DNA from: the human T2T-CHM13v2.0 reference genome, Homo sapiens
Assembly: GCF_009914755.1 (NCBI RefSeq)
Contig: NC_060932.1
Strand: one strand, 5' to 3'
DNA: 64,000 bases
The notes below the pieces were generated by a model. That model saw nothing but the letters and a program-made list of their open reading frames with translations, ran no database searches and was not told where the DNA came from. Numbering within the stretch: the first letter of the stretch is position 1; every line of letters begins with the position of its first letter. Below, piece after piece: positions 12,917 to 24,688 of the stretch. A program made the position numbers and the translations under genes.

Positions 12917-13103
12917 ATATATATATGTGTATATATGTGTATATATATATGTGTATATATGTGTATATATGTGTATATATGTGTATATATATATGTGTGT
13001 GTGTATATATATGTATGTATATCTGTATGTGTACATATAATTTAAATATAAACTTCTATTGTGTTAAGTCACCAAGAATTGGGGTTTTGAATATTTGTAG
13101 TTA
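12592..13103 (+). mobile_element. MLT1J/I-type MaLR LTR
   Basis: Contains tttcctagtctcctttgcagttatgtgtggccatgtg...gagctctagtccaacagaat and the 3' part ataaacttctattgtgttaagtcacc. Interrupted by a TA/TG repeat. Confidence 0.7.
12868..13040. repeat. Compound (TA)n/(TG)n microsatellite
   Basis: Directly visible. Explains ORFs 12811-13152 and 12815-13036. Confidence 0.95.
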
Positions 13104-13146
13104 TAAGGAGGAACCTCCATGGATCTCTTCTATTTCTAAACATATT

Positions 13147-13560
13147 GTGTGAGCAGAGACATTGACAGACTTGCTCTGGGCTAGTTTTTTTAAGTTGTTG
13201 GTACAGATAACATTTTTGGAAGAAAAAGATACTGTCTCCTCAAAATGTGTATTTGCTTTCTGTCCAGTTTAACAAAGATAATGTCTCCAATGGGAACAAT
13301 GGTTGGGCAGGGCTACTTGTTATCTCATTATAGTAGATTATGTTTTTCTAAATTTAGGGTTCGTCAGCTGTGACACAAAACAAATATATGTGCAACCATC
13401 ATCTAGGAACATTTGCACCACCCTTGTGGACAGGGTGGGCAAGCACAAACAGAAAACCTATGAAGCTTGCTGTTTTGTAATAAAATTATTTATCTCTGAC
13501 CCTGTAATCTTATATGTTTTTGGAAGCAGAAGGGAGACAATAGAGTTCCTGTTATGTAAA
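13147..13560 (+). mobile_element. Solo LTR, MER77-like (ERVL class), second copy
   Basis: aaagataatgtctcc, cagctgtgacac and aataaaattatttatctctgaccc; shares motifs with 4780-5207. Confidence 0.5.
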
Positions 13561-13629
13561 AAGCATTCAGTGGAAGTTATCTGGTTTATTAAGTCTGTTT
13601 TATTCAACTACAGTATCATCCCTAGTTAG

Positions 13630-13667
13630 AAGACAAGTGATCCTCAAATGTATGGTGTATAAATGAG

Positions 13668-13704
<37 letters not shown>

Positions 13705-13812
13705 ATGCCTAACACTCAAGTGGCTCCGATGTTGTAGATTTATTTTGTGTCTTTTTTTGTTTAGTAAAGGCTCAATTTTAAATTTCTTTTCTGTTTAAAT
13801 GTTTTTTGCGTA
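13630..13812 (+). repeat. Dispersed local duplication A, likely donor (L2 3' terminus plus flank), with (GAT)11
   Basis: Begins with an L2-tail-like gatcctcaaatgtatggtgtataaatgagtga and aligns to 11901-12080. Confidence 0.85.
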
Positions 13813-16800
13813 TACAAAGTTAAATGTAAAGTTATTTTGTTATAGCTTAAAAACTAATCTTCTGGGATATTAATTAGGATTGAATTCAGTCCATAGACTG
13901 GTTTAATAATTTATCTGTACAATATTATTTTTCTCTACTTATTCTTATCTTTTTTTGGTTATTTTGATTTTGTGGTCCTCATTTTTATTTACCTTTTGGT
14001 AGAAGTTTTCTTTTATTTTTCTTTCAGTGTTTTATTTTCCCTTGTTATGTCTCCAAACTTGTTTTTGATTCATAGATGAAAATATTTTTTATTAGAAAAG
14101 GAATAAGGAGTTATTGCATTGTACTACCATCTATTTCTAAACTATTGGGATTCTCTCAGATTTTTTTAGAATGTTCACTAAACAAATGCTGTCTTCTTTC
14201 TCTGGTGGTAACTTTGTTAATAATATTGTGAAGGGAATGTGATTACTTGGAATTTACTGAATAGTCTAATTCTAATTTGGCATAGATATTAGGTAAAATC
14301 TTTTTTTAAATTTTGTCTTGCCAAAGTCCTTGTGATATATATTTATGGCACCAAATATCTGGTATTTCTTTTTTTTGTTTTCTGAAATATACACCTGAAT
14401 GGGATATTCTGAATTTTCTAAATGTAAAAACAGCATTCTATTAAAAGACTTAATTGAAAAATATCATAAACTAACTTTTATATAAAACATCTATGCAGTT
14501 TCTATTGATGTTTGATAAAAATACATATAAATTTCTTCTTTGTGTCAGTGACACATAGAACATTCAAACTTTGTGTAATATTAAATTTTATGGTTAACTA
14601 ATATATGTAGCGATCTAGAGTTTATAGAGAATTTCGAATATATCATTTAATTCTCACAAATGGTATTTTATTTCATCTTTCTTTTACCTAGGTGGCAAAG
14701 GATCAAAAGGTTATCACCTTGATAAGAGAGCTTAAATTTTTTTGTTTTGAAGACTGGGATTTTTATTCTCTTATATAATGTCTTTTGTGCTTTTATGCAT
14801 AAATGATCTTGAAATTTCAAAAAATGCTTAACAATGAAACTATTTTTCATGTTAGTTTTATTTAAGATATCTAAAAGTGAAACTTTTAATTGTTTTGCTG
14901 TTCTCAACCTTGAAAACTTGAAAAATTAATCAGATTTATTCCAGTGATGATGACAAATGTAAATGGGAAGCAGGAATTTTTTGTTTTCATTAAGTATTCT
15001 GATATTCTCTATAACTTTTAATTATACAAAAATTGTGTTATATCTGTGCAGAAATATTCAAATTTTAAGTAATGGCTACTATTCAACTCTACTTTCATAT
15101 TTAATTATTTTAAATACCCGTGACTCCAAAGTTTATGAGTTAGTATTTATTATTTTAACTAGTGCTTTGCATGTGTCCTTGTACATGAATTTTCAGAATG
15201 TTACAAATCATTATGCAAGTAGGGAATTTACAGATCCTGTGTCCACATTATAAATAGTCCCAATATATTTCACCCTCTTATGAGTTTCCATATGAATGAG
15301 GAAATTGACCTGATGCAGACCATAAGTCATACATAGACAGCCATCTTTAATTGTAAATTGTGGACTGAATTTTGAATTACTTATTTTTTTAAACTAGGTT
15401 TTTTTTTTCTATTTTTCAAATACCATAAATACACAATAAGTAATACGTATATAGTGTCAATTGAATCTTGTTTTCAAGAAGATAAATTCACACCATTAAT
15501 GGTTAATGAATGATATCTAGCTGCATAAAGATATCTGAAAAATGCTAATTGAATTATAGCAAAATATTTATTAATATGGGCATATTTGTAAACTGTTTCA
15601 GAAAACTAGAAGCCATTTATTAATACAAGTAACGTAATAAGGGTGTATATAAGCAAAATCAGCTACCTCCATGAAGCTGTTGATATAATCTTTAACTTTT
15701 ACTAATTTTTCTTGAAAATAGAGGTGAAATAATAATCCATAGCTATTGTAAAAAGGAGGTCAATGATATGATAGAAAAAATGATCTTTAACTTTTTAATA
15801 GAAATATTTTTAAAAAACTCACATGCAATTTATTTCTTACCCAATTAGTACAATTCTCTTGTCTGTGACAACCTAGAGCAAGACAATTGCCTTTTCCATA
15901 TTTCTTACCTTCGGGTATTTGCATATAATTATTTTGTTTCCCCATAGGCTCCTCCTTTTTCATCAACACTTTCTCATTGCCTTTAACTATTCTTCTATGA
16001 CATTCTTAATTTCCAAGTTACAGTGATACATATGTATGTATATAAATTAAAATATGCATATACTTATGTACTCCTATGCAATCTGAAAAATAAAACATTG
16101 AGGACAAAGTATTTTTAGGAAGAAAAAAGAATACTATTTGTAGCATCTTTTGACAGGGCAAAAGGATTCCTTTCGTTTTAAAAATAAACATCAATAAAAA
16201 TGAAATTTGATGTCTTTTAAAATCTTCAGAGAGAAAACAATATGAGTTATGTGAAATGTTGACTCATAGACTTATTTTTAGCAGAAAAGAGAAGATAAAT
16301 TACAACAAAATACATATTAATATTTCATGTTAGATTAATTGATTTTTAAAAGCATATAATGTGATTGCTTCGACTACCTTAATGTGTTGTCATTTTAGTT
16401 ATTGTTTTGGTTTTAATTATGTATGTTACATAAAATGTAACATAGTAAAATTCTCAATATGTTATGGTTTCTATTTTCTGTTATATGTATAGTAAAGGCA
16501 AAACAACCTCAGACTATGATTCACTCTAATTTATCTTTATTCTACCTTGAAATAAATATTTTAGTCCATTGAAGATCAAGTTTAGCTTTGTCCCATATGG
16601 CTATTCATTGTTTCCAACTACATTTCACCATTTTTACCATAAATCAAATTGCAATATCTAATGGGACCATGTTTATCAGTATTCTGTTTTACATGGAAAT
16701 GTTTATTTTTGTGTTAGTGCCACACTTTTGATAAGCTCTGATTTTGACTTTGTCTATTTAATAAAGGAAAATTAGCGCTTTAGGTCTTTTTAAAGCTTCT

Positions 16801-16879
16801 ATTCAAAAACCTGTTATATACCAAGTGTCTTCTTGGCTTTCCCTCATATTTCTTCAAATCTCTTTCCCATGGGTGTCCT

Positions 16880-17275
16880 TCTACTTCTTACAGTTTGCTC
16901 TTGTTTCTCTATGTAGAAGAACTGCCCTCAGGCTGCCAATGCCCACTGTACTTGTGGTTTTTTGCACAAGTGACCAGAACCTTATGTCACAGATGACAGA
17001 TTATAACTAAAGCCTGAGAGGTGAGGAAGTATTAATTCTCCAGGTCTCTTGCTGCTGACTGAGACAACTCCATGGTGTGACCAACACTCCCCAGAGCACC
17101 CCAGCATGAGCCAGAAATACCCTTTCTGGGACTTTCGCTGATATTGCACCCTTGCTTGGCTTCTTCCCTTTCTTGTCCCAATTTCTTTCATCTAATCTGT
17201 TTTTTTGTGGGGACGACTAAATTACTTCCACATAAATGTTCCTCTCTGTTGACGTCCCGAAAGTCCAACTTATAT
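16880..17275 (+). mobile_element. LTR33/LTR16-type ERVL LTR
   Basis: gagacaactccatggtgtgacc..ctccccagagcaccccagc and cacccttgcttggcttcttcccttt resemble the LTR16/33 family. Confidence 0.55.
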
Positions 17276-18061
17276 TTACTAAAGAATTCAAGTGTGATGG
17301 TACTGACACCAGACAAAATATAAATCAGAGTGTTTTATACTCATATAAGTTACAATCAGCCACGAGATCATTTTGTATCAAATATATTCATTGTCAGCCT
17401 ACTAAAGCCCTGGTCATGTTCTATGTACTTGAGATGTAACAGTAAATACAATAGATAAAGTTTCTGTTTTTATAGAGTTTCTCTTCCAGTTTGGAGACAT
17501 ATACAAATAAGTAAATATATACACATATGTGTACACACATATATGCTTCGGGTAAAAAATAAATACATAAATAAATCATAAAAACAGAAAAATAATCTAG
17601 TGATGAGTACTATCCAAAAAAAAAAAGCTAAATTAGAATGTCATAGAAAGGAACTGGAATGATGCTTCAGATTTTTAGTCAGAGGAGGTCTCTGCCAAAG
17701 GGCTAGGTTGCATTGAAGTTGAGATCTAAAATGACAGGATCAATCTAAACCTTTGAAGATTAGGAATAAAAACACTCCAACCAGCAGGGACAGTGGGTGC
17801 ATGAGCCCTAACATAAAGAAATTTTGCCAGAAATAAATAATAAAAAGTGGCCAGAGTATTTAAAACAGGATGAGTAAAAAAGCAAAATGTTTTTAAAAAG
17901 AGAGATAATCTGAGTCATTATTTATCAGGGACTTAAAAGTCATACCATGTGCTTTTATGTGTGTAGTAGAAAGACGTTGGATATTTGAACAGAGGAGTTA
18001 CTTGATCTGATTTTAATGAAAAGACATTTTAGCCATTCTGTGATTAAAGGGTTCCAATACA

Positions 18062-18378
18062 GTATCTTAGGTTTGGTTCCCTGCAAACAGAAATAAGGGA
18101 AGCAGGATTGGGCAGAGGGAGAAAACAAACTGTGATAAAGGTGAAAGAGAAGGCTCAGACAATCCCACATGCGGCTCAGGAGCTGGCCCTCTGGAGTTGT
18201 CCCAAAGGGAATCAAGGGTGTTTGGGCCTTTATACCCTCACATCAGACAGTAACTAGATGTCATTTGCTCTATGGGCAAGGCACCTCCCTTTGGGTAAAG
18301 GCAGTGCTGCGAGAAGTACACAGCTGTGAGCCATCAACAGCCAACATTCCCAGCAGCTGGGAAAATGAGTGCCTTAGA
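18062..18378 (-). mobile_element. LTR16-type ERVL LTR, truncated
   Basis: cagctgtgagccatcaacagccaacattcccagcagctgggaaaatgagtgcc is characteristic. The terminal ~40 bp are replaced by duplication B. Confidence 0.7.
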
Positions 18379-18382
18379 CAGG

Positions 18383-18528
18383 AAATTCTCTTTCTTACAC
18401 ACTTACTATGTGTGATATTCACTGATATTTTTCGTGAAATTTTGTTTTATTTTATTAAAAGAAAATCTGGTCATAATCTATTAAATTAATATCATCAATC
18501 TTTGTCTTAAGCCTCAGTTTGAAAAAAC
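18383..18528 (+). repeat. Dispersed local duplication B, derived copy of 20002-20160
   Basis: 18-bp identity ctctttcttacacactta (18388/20008); similarity continues through ttcactgatatttt and tcagtttgaaaaa. Confidence 0.8.
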
Positions 18529-19153
18529 CTAGGAAATGTGCAGAAGGAGAAATGAAGAAGCAGGAAAAGCACATGAAAAATAGAGAGATCAGGAGGCTGT
18601 TATTAGCCTAGGCAGGAGGGGGATGTTACCTGGCCAAGGACAGTATCGGGGCAGTGGAGAGAAGTGTTAGATTTGAGATATATTTTGAACCCAATTATAT
18701 TTAATGTGCTGATAGATTTGAGTACAGAAAATGAGTAATGAAAAGCAAAGAGACAAAGGTAACTCCTGGTTTATATTGTTTAAAGTCCTTTTTATTCATG
18801 AACAATTGAATAACTCATGATTCAATGTAGTAATAATGGAAAAAATGCCACAAAACATTTGATAGGGGAAACTAAAATTTACTCTGGGATATGTTGCAGT
18901 TGAAGTGGCTATTATATATTCATTGTCAAGTATACAGTACATTATGCAAATCTAAAATTTAGAGAAGCAATTGTAGATATAAATGTGGGAGTCACCACAT
19001 ACAAATTAAAATCATGGAGCTGGATACCATTATCTGAGGCAGTGTCTGTCAAGTTTTTTTTTTTGATCCACAATAAAAAGCATTTTGCTTCTTAACTCAT
19101 ATTCATGTATAACTACTAAAACAAAAGTTTCACAAAATTGCTTGCATTGATTA

Positions 19154-20020
19154 TGCAGGATTGAATATTTAAAGACCCACAAGGCTTTGCAAGTCATACA
19201 CTTACTAAAGCTTTAACAAAGTTAAATAATGCAGTACAACAGAAGAAAGAAAGTACAAGCAATCCTCGGTGGTGGAGAGATTTTTAGGCAGCTTTCTAGA
19301 GTTCTTTATAAGTTTCACTGAAGGCACATCATCTTTTATGTATTTCACTCAGACATGCACATAGCATCTTTGTCTTAGGGCAGTCCAGGAGTTTCCAGTG
19401 GGATTTGTCTTACCTCCCTGGTCACATTCCCAAACTAGATTGTTTAAGCAGTTTAATTAGGTGTAAGCTATCAATTTATATATTGGTAAGTAATGCCAAT
19501 AAGTTTGCCTTGGCTGCTTTCAGGAAATGTTTTACACTTAAAGTACACATTATATACTACTAGTTATTCAAACTCATTGTTTTTTTGTTTTTGTTTTTGT
19601 TTTTTTTGAGACAGTGTCTCACTCTGCCACCCAGAATGGAGTGCCATGGCATGATCTCGGCTCACTGCAACCTCTGCCTCCCGGGTTCAAGTGATTACCA
19701 TGTTTAAGCTATTCTCCTGCCTCAGCCTCCCAAATAGGTGGGATTACAGGCATGCGCTACCACACCCAGCTAAATATTGTACTTTTTGTAGAGACCAGGT
19801 TTTGCCATGTTGGCCAGGCTGGTCTTGAACTCCTGACCTCAAGCCATCTGCTCGCCTCAGCCTCCCAAAGTGCTGGGATTACACGTGTGAGCCACCGTGC
19901 CAGGTGCCTGGCCTCAAACTCATTCTTATCTTGACCAAGATTCCATACAAAATTTCAGACATTCTCAGAGATTAATCTAGTGCAGTCCCAGTCTGGCTAT
20001 AAAATAGCTCTTTCTTACAC
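19154..20020. mobile_element. Old LTR-like insert of unassigned family inside the hAT element
   Basis: TG...CA-bounded block of ~530 bp (excluding the Alu) separating the two hAT halves. Confidence 0.45.
19579..19913 (-). mobile_element. AluS (Sx/Sz-like) with two small internal duplications
   Basis: TSD tcaaactcatt at 19568-19578 and 19914-19924. Extra sequence at ttcaagtgattaccatgtttaagctattc and gtgccaggtgcctggcc. Confidence 0.93.
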
Positions 20021-22023
20021 ACTTAATATGTGTGGTGTTCACTGATATTTTCAGTGAATTTCTACTTTATTTTATTTAATAATGGCCATATTTATGTAAT
20101 AGTCATAGCCTACAAAATTAATTTCATAAAGTTTTGTATTAGGCATCAGTTTGAAAAACAAACACTGATCTAGGGATTAAATGTCGAGGGAGAATGGAAG
20201 AGAACAGAGGACTGGATGCCTGGAAACACAAACATTTAAAGGTTGGAAAGAAGAGGAGGAAATAGAAAAAAACTATTGAGAAAAAGCAAAGATAAAAAGA
20301 AATGCAAGAAGGCTATTATATCCTGGAAACTAAGAAGAAAATGTCTGATGAAGTGGTCAAGTGTTGCTGAGAGGCATAGAGCATCATGGACTGAGAAGTG
20401 AATACTAGTTGAGGATCTTGATGATAATTGAATGGATACCTGTTGGAGTGAATTGAGAAGAGAATGATACATGAGAAACCAAAGACTTGGGCAACAGACA
20501 TTTTTAAAGATATTTGCCCTAAAGAGGAGGAAGTGAGGCAATAATTGGATTAGGTTATGGAGTAAAGACAGTGTTTTTTGGGTTAAATTACAGCATGCCT
20601 TTATGACAAAGGCAACAATCCGATAGAAGGGGAAAATGTGACAATTTAAGAGATCGAAAGGAATATTGCAGAAAAGAACTAGAGAAGGCAAGAGACAGTG
20701 TTGCCCAGCAAACAACGTGAAAGTTTATACCCTATGTATTCACTAGGACAGCTTATCCATTTGGGTAGAAATCAGCAGAGTATATGGCAACAGATTTAAA
20801 ACATTAGTTTATTGAATGGTGTAAAGTTGAGTGAGTTCTCTGGTGACTCGTCATTTCACAGGTGTGTTCATTCTATGAGAAAACTATAGGGAGCAGGAAG
20901 CATTAGATCTGAAGAGAGAAATAAGGAGACAAATACTTATCTGAGGGATAGGAGAGTAAATCTATGGAAGAATATAGTTGTATTACTGAGTATCACTGAG
21001 AGATCACTTGAGATTTCTTTGTCGGACCAGTTGCCTGTGTGCTTTTCTACAGCCATTTTCAACCGCGTGGTTGAAAGCAGAGAGTTAACCAAAGGCTGAT
21101 TGTAATTAGGGTGGAAAGTCTAATGGAGAAATGTAGTAGAATAAGAGAAAAGTAAGAATTGAGGATGTACACATAAAAGTGAATAGAATTTCTTATCTAG
21201 GTTGGGTAAAGGCAAATAAGGGTAGTGGTGGAAAATGAAAATGATGATAGGGTACAAACGTGATTGAATAATATAAAGAGTCGAGTTTTAGAGCAAGTAA
21301 ACTCTAAAGAGAGGATGTTGGGGAGAGTTGAACTTTTCAAATATAGATTTTTGGACACTATACTTAATACTGATGATAGCAACAATAGTATTACTGATGG
21401 GAGTTGGTGGGTGAGACTGGGTGAGGAAGAGGTAGTTGGAAGTGAAGATATGATCAGAGTGCTAGAAGGATTATCCATATGGATTTTGTTATCTCGTGAA
21501 TGAGGACTTAGACTGGAAGGTGGAAGACAAGTGGAAATCCCTTTCACATAGAGCAGGGTGCCTCCTGACTTTTATGGGTTGGATGAGAGATTTTGCCAGC
21601 TTCCAGCATGTGAGTCTCTACACTGCTGCCTGAAAACCTCCTGCCTTTGTGCTACTGGCAGCTGAGATACTCAGAAGTTCTCTTCAGTGATTCTACTTTC
21701 TACTTTATAGGACATTACCAATATTTCCCTGATCTTTGCTACTCTAACTTCTAATGTTAACTTTGTGCTTCATCAACACATATGTATTCCTTCCACAGAC
21801 AGATAGGTGTCATTTTTCTAGTTCTCATTTAATGGAAGAAGCAGCATTTTATGACTGCTGTTTGTAGAGGCTCTCCGTGATGCTCAAAGTTTCCTGTATA
21901 AAATGATCACAGCACTTTTTGTCTTACAAAGCTCTCATGGAACCCTGTTGACTACAATAGAAAATTGAAACTCCTTGAATCGACATTTAAGGTATGTGAT
22001 TTTCTATCCCACTTTTTCACCCT

Positions 22024-22026
<3 letters not shown>

Positions 22027-22056
<30 letters not shown>

Positions 22057-22345
22057 GTTTTGTTTTGTTTGAGACAGATTATTGCTCTGTTGCCAGGCTG
22101 GAGTGCAATGGCGTGATCTCGGCTCCCTGCAACCTCCATGGCTCAAGCGATTCTCCTACCTCAGCCTCCTGAATATCTGGGATTACAGGCATGCGCCACC
22201 ACTCCCAGCTGATTTTTGTATTTTTAGTAGAGACGGGGTTTCACCATGTTGTCCCTGCTGGTCTTGGACTCCTGACCTCAGGTGGTCCACCGGCCTCGGC
22301 CTCCCCAAGAACTGGGACTACAGGCGTGAGCCATCGCGCCTGGCC
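22027..22345 (-). mobile_element. AluS with (GTTTT)n tail
   Basis: Full dimer ending in cctggcc, with a pentanucleotide tail. Confidence 0.93.
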
Positions 22346-22685
22346 TTAACTTTCTTGTATGGCTTCCACTTCATTATTTTTGTACCCAGTGTGGGTGAGG
22401 ATCTTTCAACATTGAGGATCTAACTGCTCTTACTCACTAGCCTGAATTATGCCTTTTTCTTTTTATACATATTTTTCTCTCCTAAAACATCTTTTCGATT
22501 TCTATCATTCATTAAGACTCAGTTCAATGTCATCTCATCAATTAAGCTTACCTATATTTCCCTATTCACATTTATCTGTATATACACAAAAGTTTATTAA
22601 TATTTCTTCTTTGTAAATTACTGACTTTCGGCATTCTATATAGTTTACGTATTCGTCTTATTTTTTAGCTTGCAATTTTACCAGT

Positions 22686-23371
22686 TGTTACAGGTAGTTA
22701 GATAGGCATGAGCAGGGACAGGCGTGGGCTCTTCCCCCACCCACTAGGCATGTCAGATGATGTTCTGACAATTATCACACTGCCTCTCTAACAGTGATAA
22801 CTCGGCAGCCAGTGCCAAGGTACCAGGCAGAGACAATCTCCGGATGATCCATGGTTATTAACATTTAAGTGTTAATTGAATGTAGATGCCAGGGAGAAGA
22901 AACTTCCTGGACATGCGCATTGAGACAAAATGGCGAAGTACGACCTTCCGGGTGCACTCCATTGAATGGAAGAAAGCTTCTGATAGACGTGCATTCAACT
23001 TCCTAAACACACTGCACAGGCTCAGTTCCCCGGGGTAAGGAACGCACTGTGCATGCGGGAAGACCACCCTAAGGGAAGAATCATGAGAAACAGGCAAGTC
23101 TATAAAGTCCTGGAATCAAGGTTAAATGCTGTCTTTGACCTTCAGGCACCCTCTTGGATCTTTTCCAAGTGAGCTTAACTTTCTTTCCTGTTCTAAAGCC
23201 TTTTAAGTATATGTTCACTCCTGCTCTGAAACTTGCCTTGGTCTCTTTTTCTGCTTTATGCCCCCCCGCCCAGTTGAATTCTTCATTCTGAGAAGGCAAG
23301 AACTGAAGTTGCTGCAGACCCGCATGGATACCAGTAACTCGGGATAACTCGGACCTCTTCCACTGGTAACA
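22686..23371 (+). mobile_element. MER50-type ERV1 solo LTR
   Basis: Runs tgttacaggtagttagataggcatgagcaggg ... gaaggcaagaactgaagttgctgcagaccc ... ctggtaaca. Flanks ccagt/tcagt. TATA-like tataaag at 23101. Confidence 0.8.
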
Positions 23372-24519
23372 TCAGTGACTCTTGTTTTTTGTTTGTTTTT
23401 CTATCATTTAATACTGTTGCTAAAATAAGGAAGTATTTATTAAAATGATTGCTGAAAGTGTGAATAACTAAATGATCATTTAGCTTTATGGCAGGTGTCT
23501 TATCTGGAAGGCGTAATATCATGGTATGTACAAACTTGAAAGAACTTAAGTAACATGTAAATTTCGAGTCTCTTTAAAACATACATTTTGTCTATATTTT
23601 CAACAAATGGTATAAATTCAATAAAAAGTATATCAGCTCTCAAACACAGTATTTATAAGAACATAGGCAATTTAGTGGCCATTGTTTTTACTAGTTTTAA
23701 TCATGTGAAATTGCCATTTTTCTAATATCCACAAATGTGTGAATATAAGCAATTACGTTTTAAACTAAATATCAGTACAGAAAAAATCTGCATATACATT
23801 AACTATCAAGCTTTTAAAACACTAAATTCTTTAGGAAACTTTAAATATGCACATTTGATTTACATCAAACATCTTTTGATAGGGATGATATAAATATCCA
23901 GTTGCCTTTTTGATCAAATTTTGCATAGTAAGGATTTTGCATTTGAACAAATGCTGAGACAGCATAATATCAGTGTAATTGCATTGACATCATAACAGTT
24001 CCTTGGCAGCAATTGTGCTCTCAATAATGCAAATACAGTGCATAATTAAGGTAGAAGATACCACCGTGATCAGCAGAATGCCTCCTCTGGAGCCTATACA
24101 ATGTCCCTGTATTATTGCCACGAGAGTAATGATTGCATCCTGTACCTTCCAAGGGAAACACATAATGAACAATATGTGAGAATCATAAATGATAGAAACT
24201 GACATGTGCAACAGCTGTATATCTTGGTTTCTTCAGATGTTTATTCGTAAAATACATATTGCTCTTGTCAGCCTACTGGGATACTGTGAATACACAGCAC
24301 AGAAGAACAGATTAGAAAAGAAAGTCAATTAAACAATTCACTGCGTTTGAAACAGTTTTAAAGTAGAAGCCATTTTTGGTCTTATAAACTATTTTTCAAT
24401 TTATAGTGCATAAACATTGAAAAATATTTTATTAATGTTTTAAACCCTTTAATACTTTAATACTGCAAAGCAAATTCTGTCTCATACTCATTTATTGATA
24501 GTCTCTTTTCTGAGAGACA

Positions 24520-24688
24520 TTATCTAACCTAGTTAATTTTTTATGTTCCTGTCTTCTCATTTATAAACTTAGAAAAATGTGCTAAGCAAGTTATATGGGT
24601 TTTATTAGATTTAAATTAGATAATGCAGAATACTGTTTGGCTCAGTGCCTGCCACAATGCAAATACCCATCAAATTTTAGCTATTATT
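24520..24688 (+). mobile_element. MIR SINE
   Basis: Core ttctcatttataaac..., attaaattagataatgca-like text and the 3' end cagtgcctgccaca...ttagctattatt. Confidence 0.7.

Larger units (their letters stand above)
19040..20167. mobile_element. hAT-Charlie-type non-autonomous DNA transposon, split by an LTR and an Alu
   Basis: Termini cagtgtctgtcaag / ttgaaaaacaaacactg. Degenerate 8-bp TSD atctgagg / atctaggg. Arms at ~19040-19153 and ~20021-20167. Confidence 0.65.
17378..21540 (-). mobile_element. Long fragmented L2a LINE hosting nested inserts
   Basis: L2 3' end in reverse at ~17380, continuing purine-rich L2 text at 17600-18060, 18530-19040 and 20170-21540. ORF 20236-20715 is an L2 ORF2 remnant. 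Confidence 0.7.

Noticed and set aside
14692-14709. 18-nt micro-exon reading G-G-K-G-S-K-G (collagen-like)
   Set aside because: Weak donor (gttatc) and no other Gly-X-Y exon in 64 kb.
11901-20160. CRISPR-like or programmed repeat-spacer system suggested by the dispersed duplications
   Set aside because: Only two unrelated two-copy duplications, with no regular spacing or associated genes, in a eukaryotic context.
20236-20715. Longest ORF (159 aa)
   Set aside because: Lies within the L2 element; a pyrimidine-rich ORF2 remnant.
23990-24211. Hydrophobic 73-aa ORF as a membrane micropeptide
   Set aside because: Non-ATG start, no splice or promoter support, and hydrophobicity is expected from T-rich codons.
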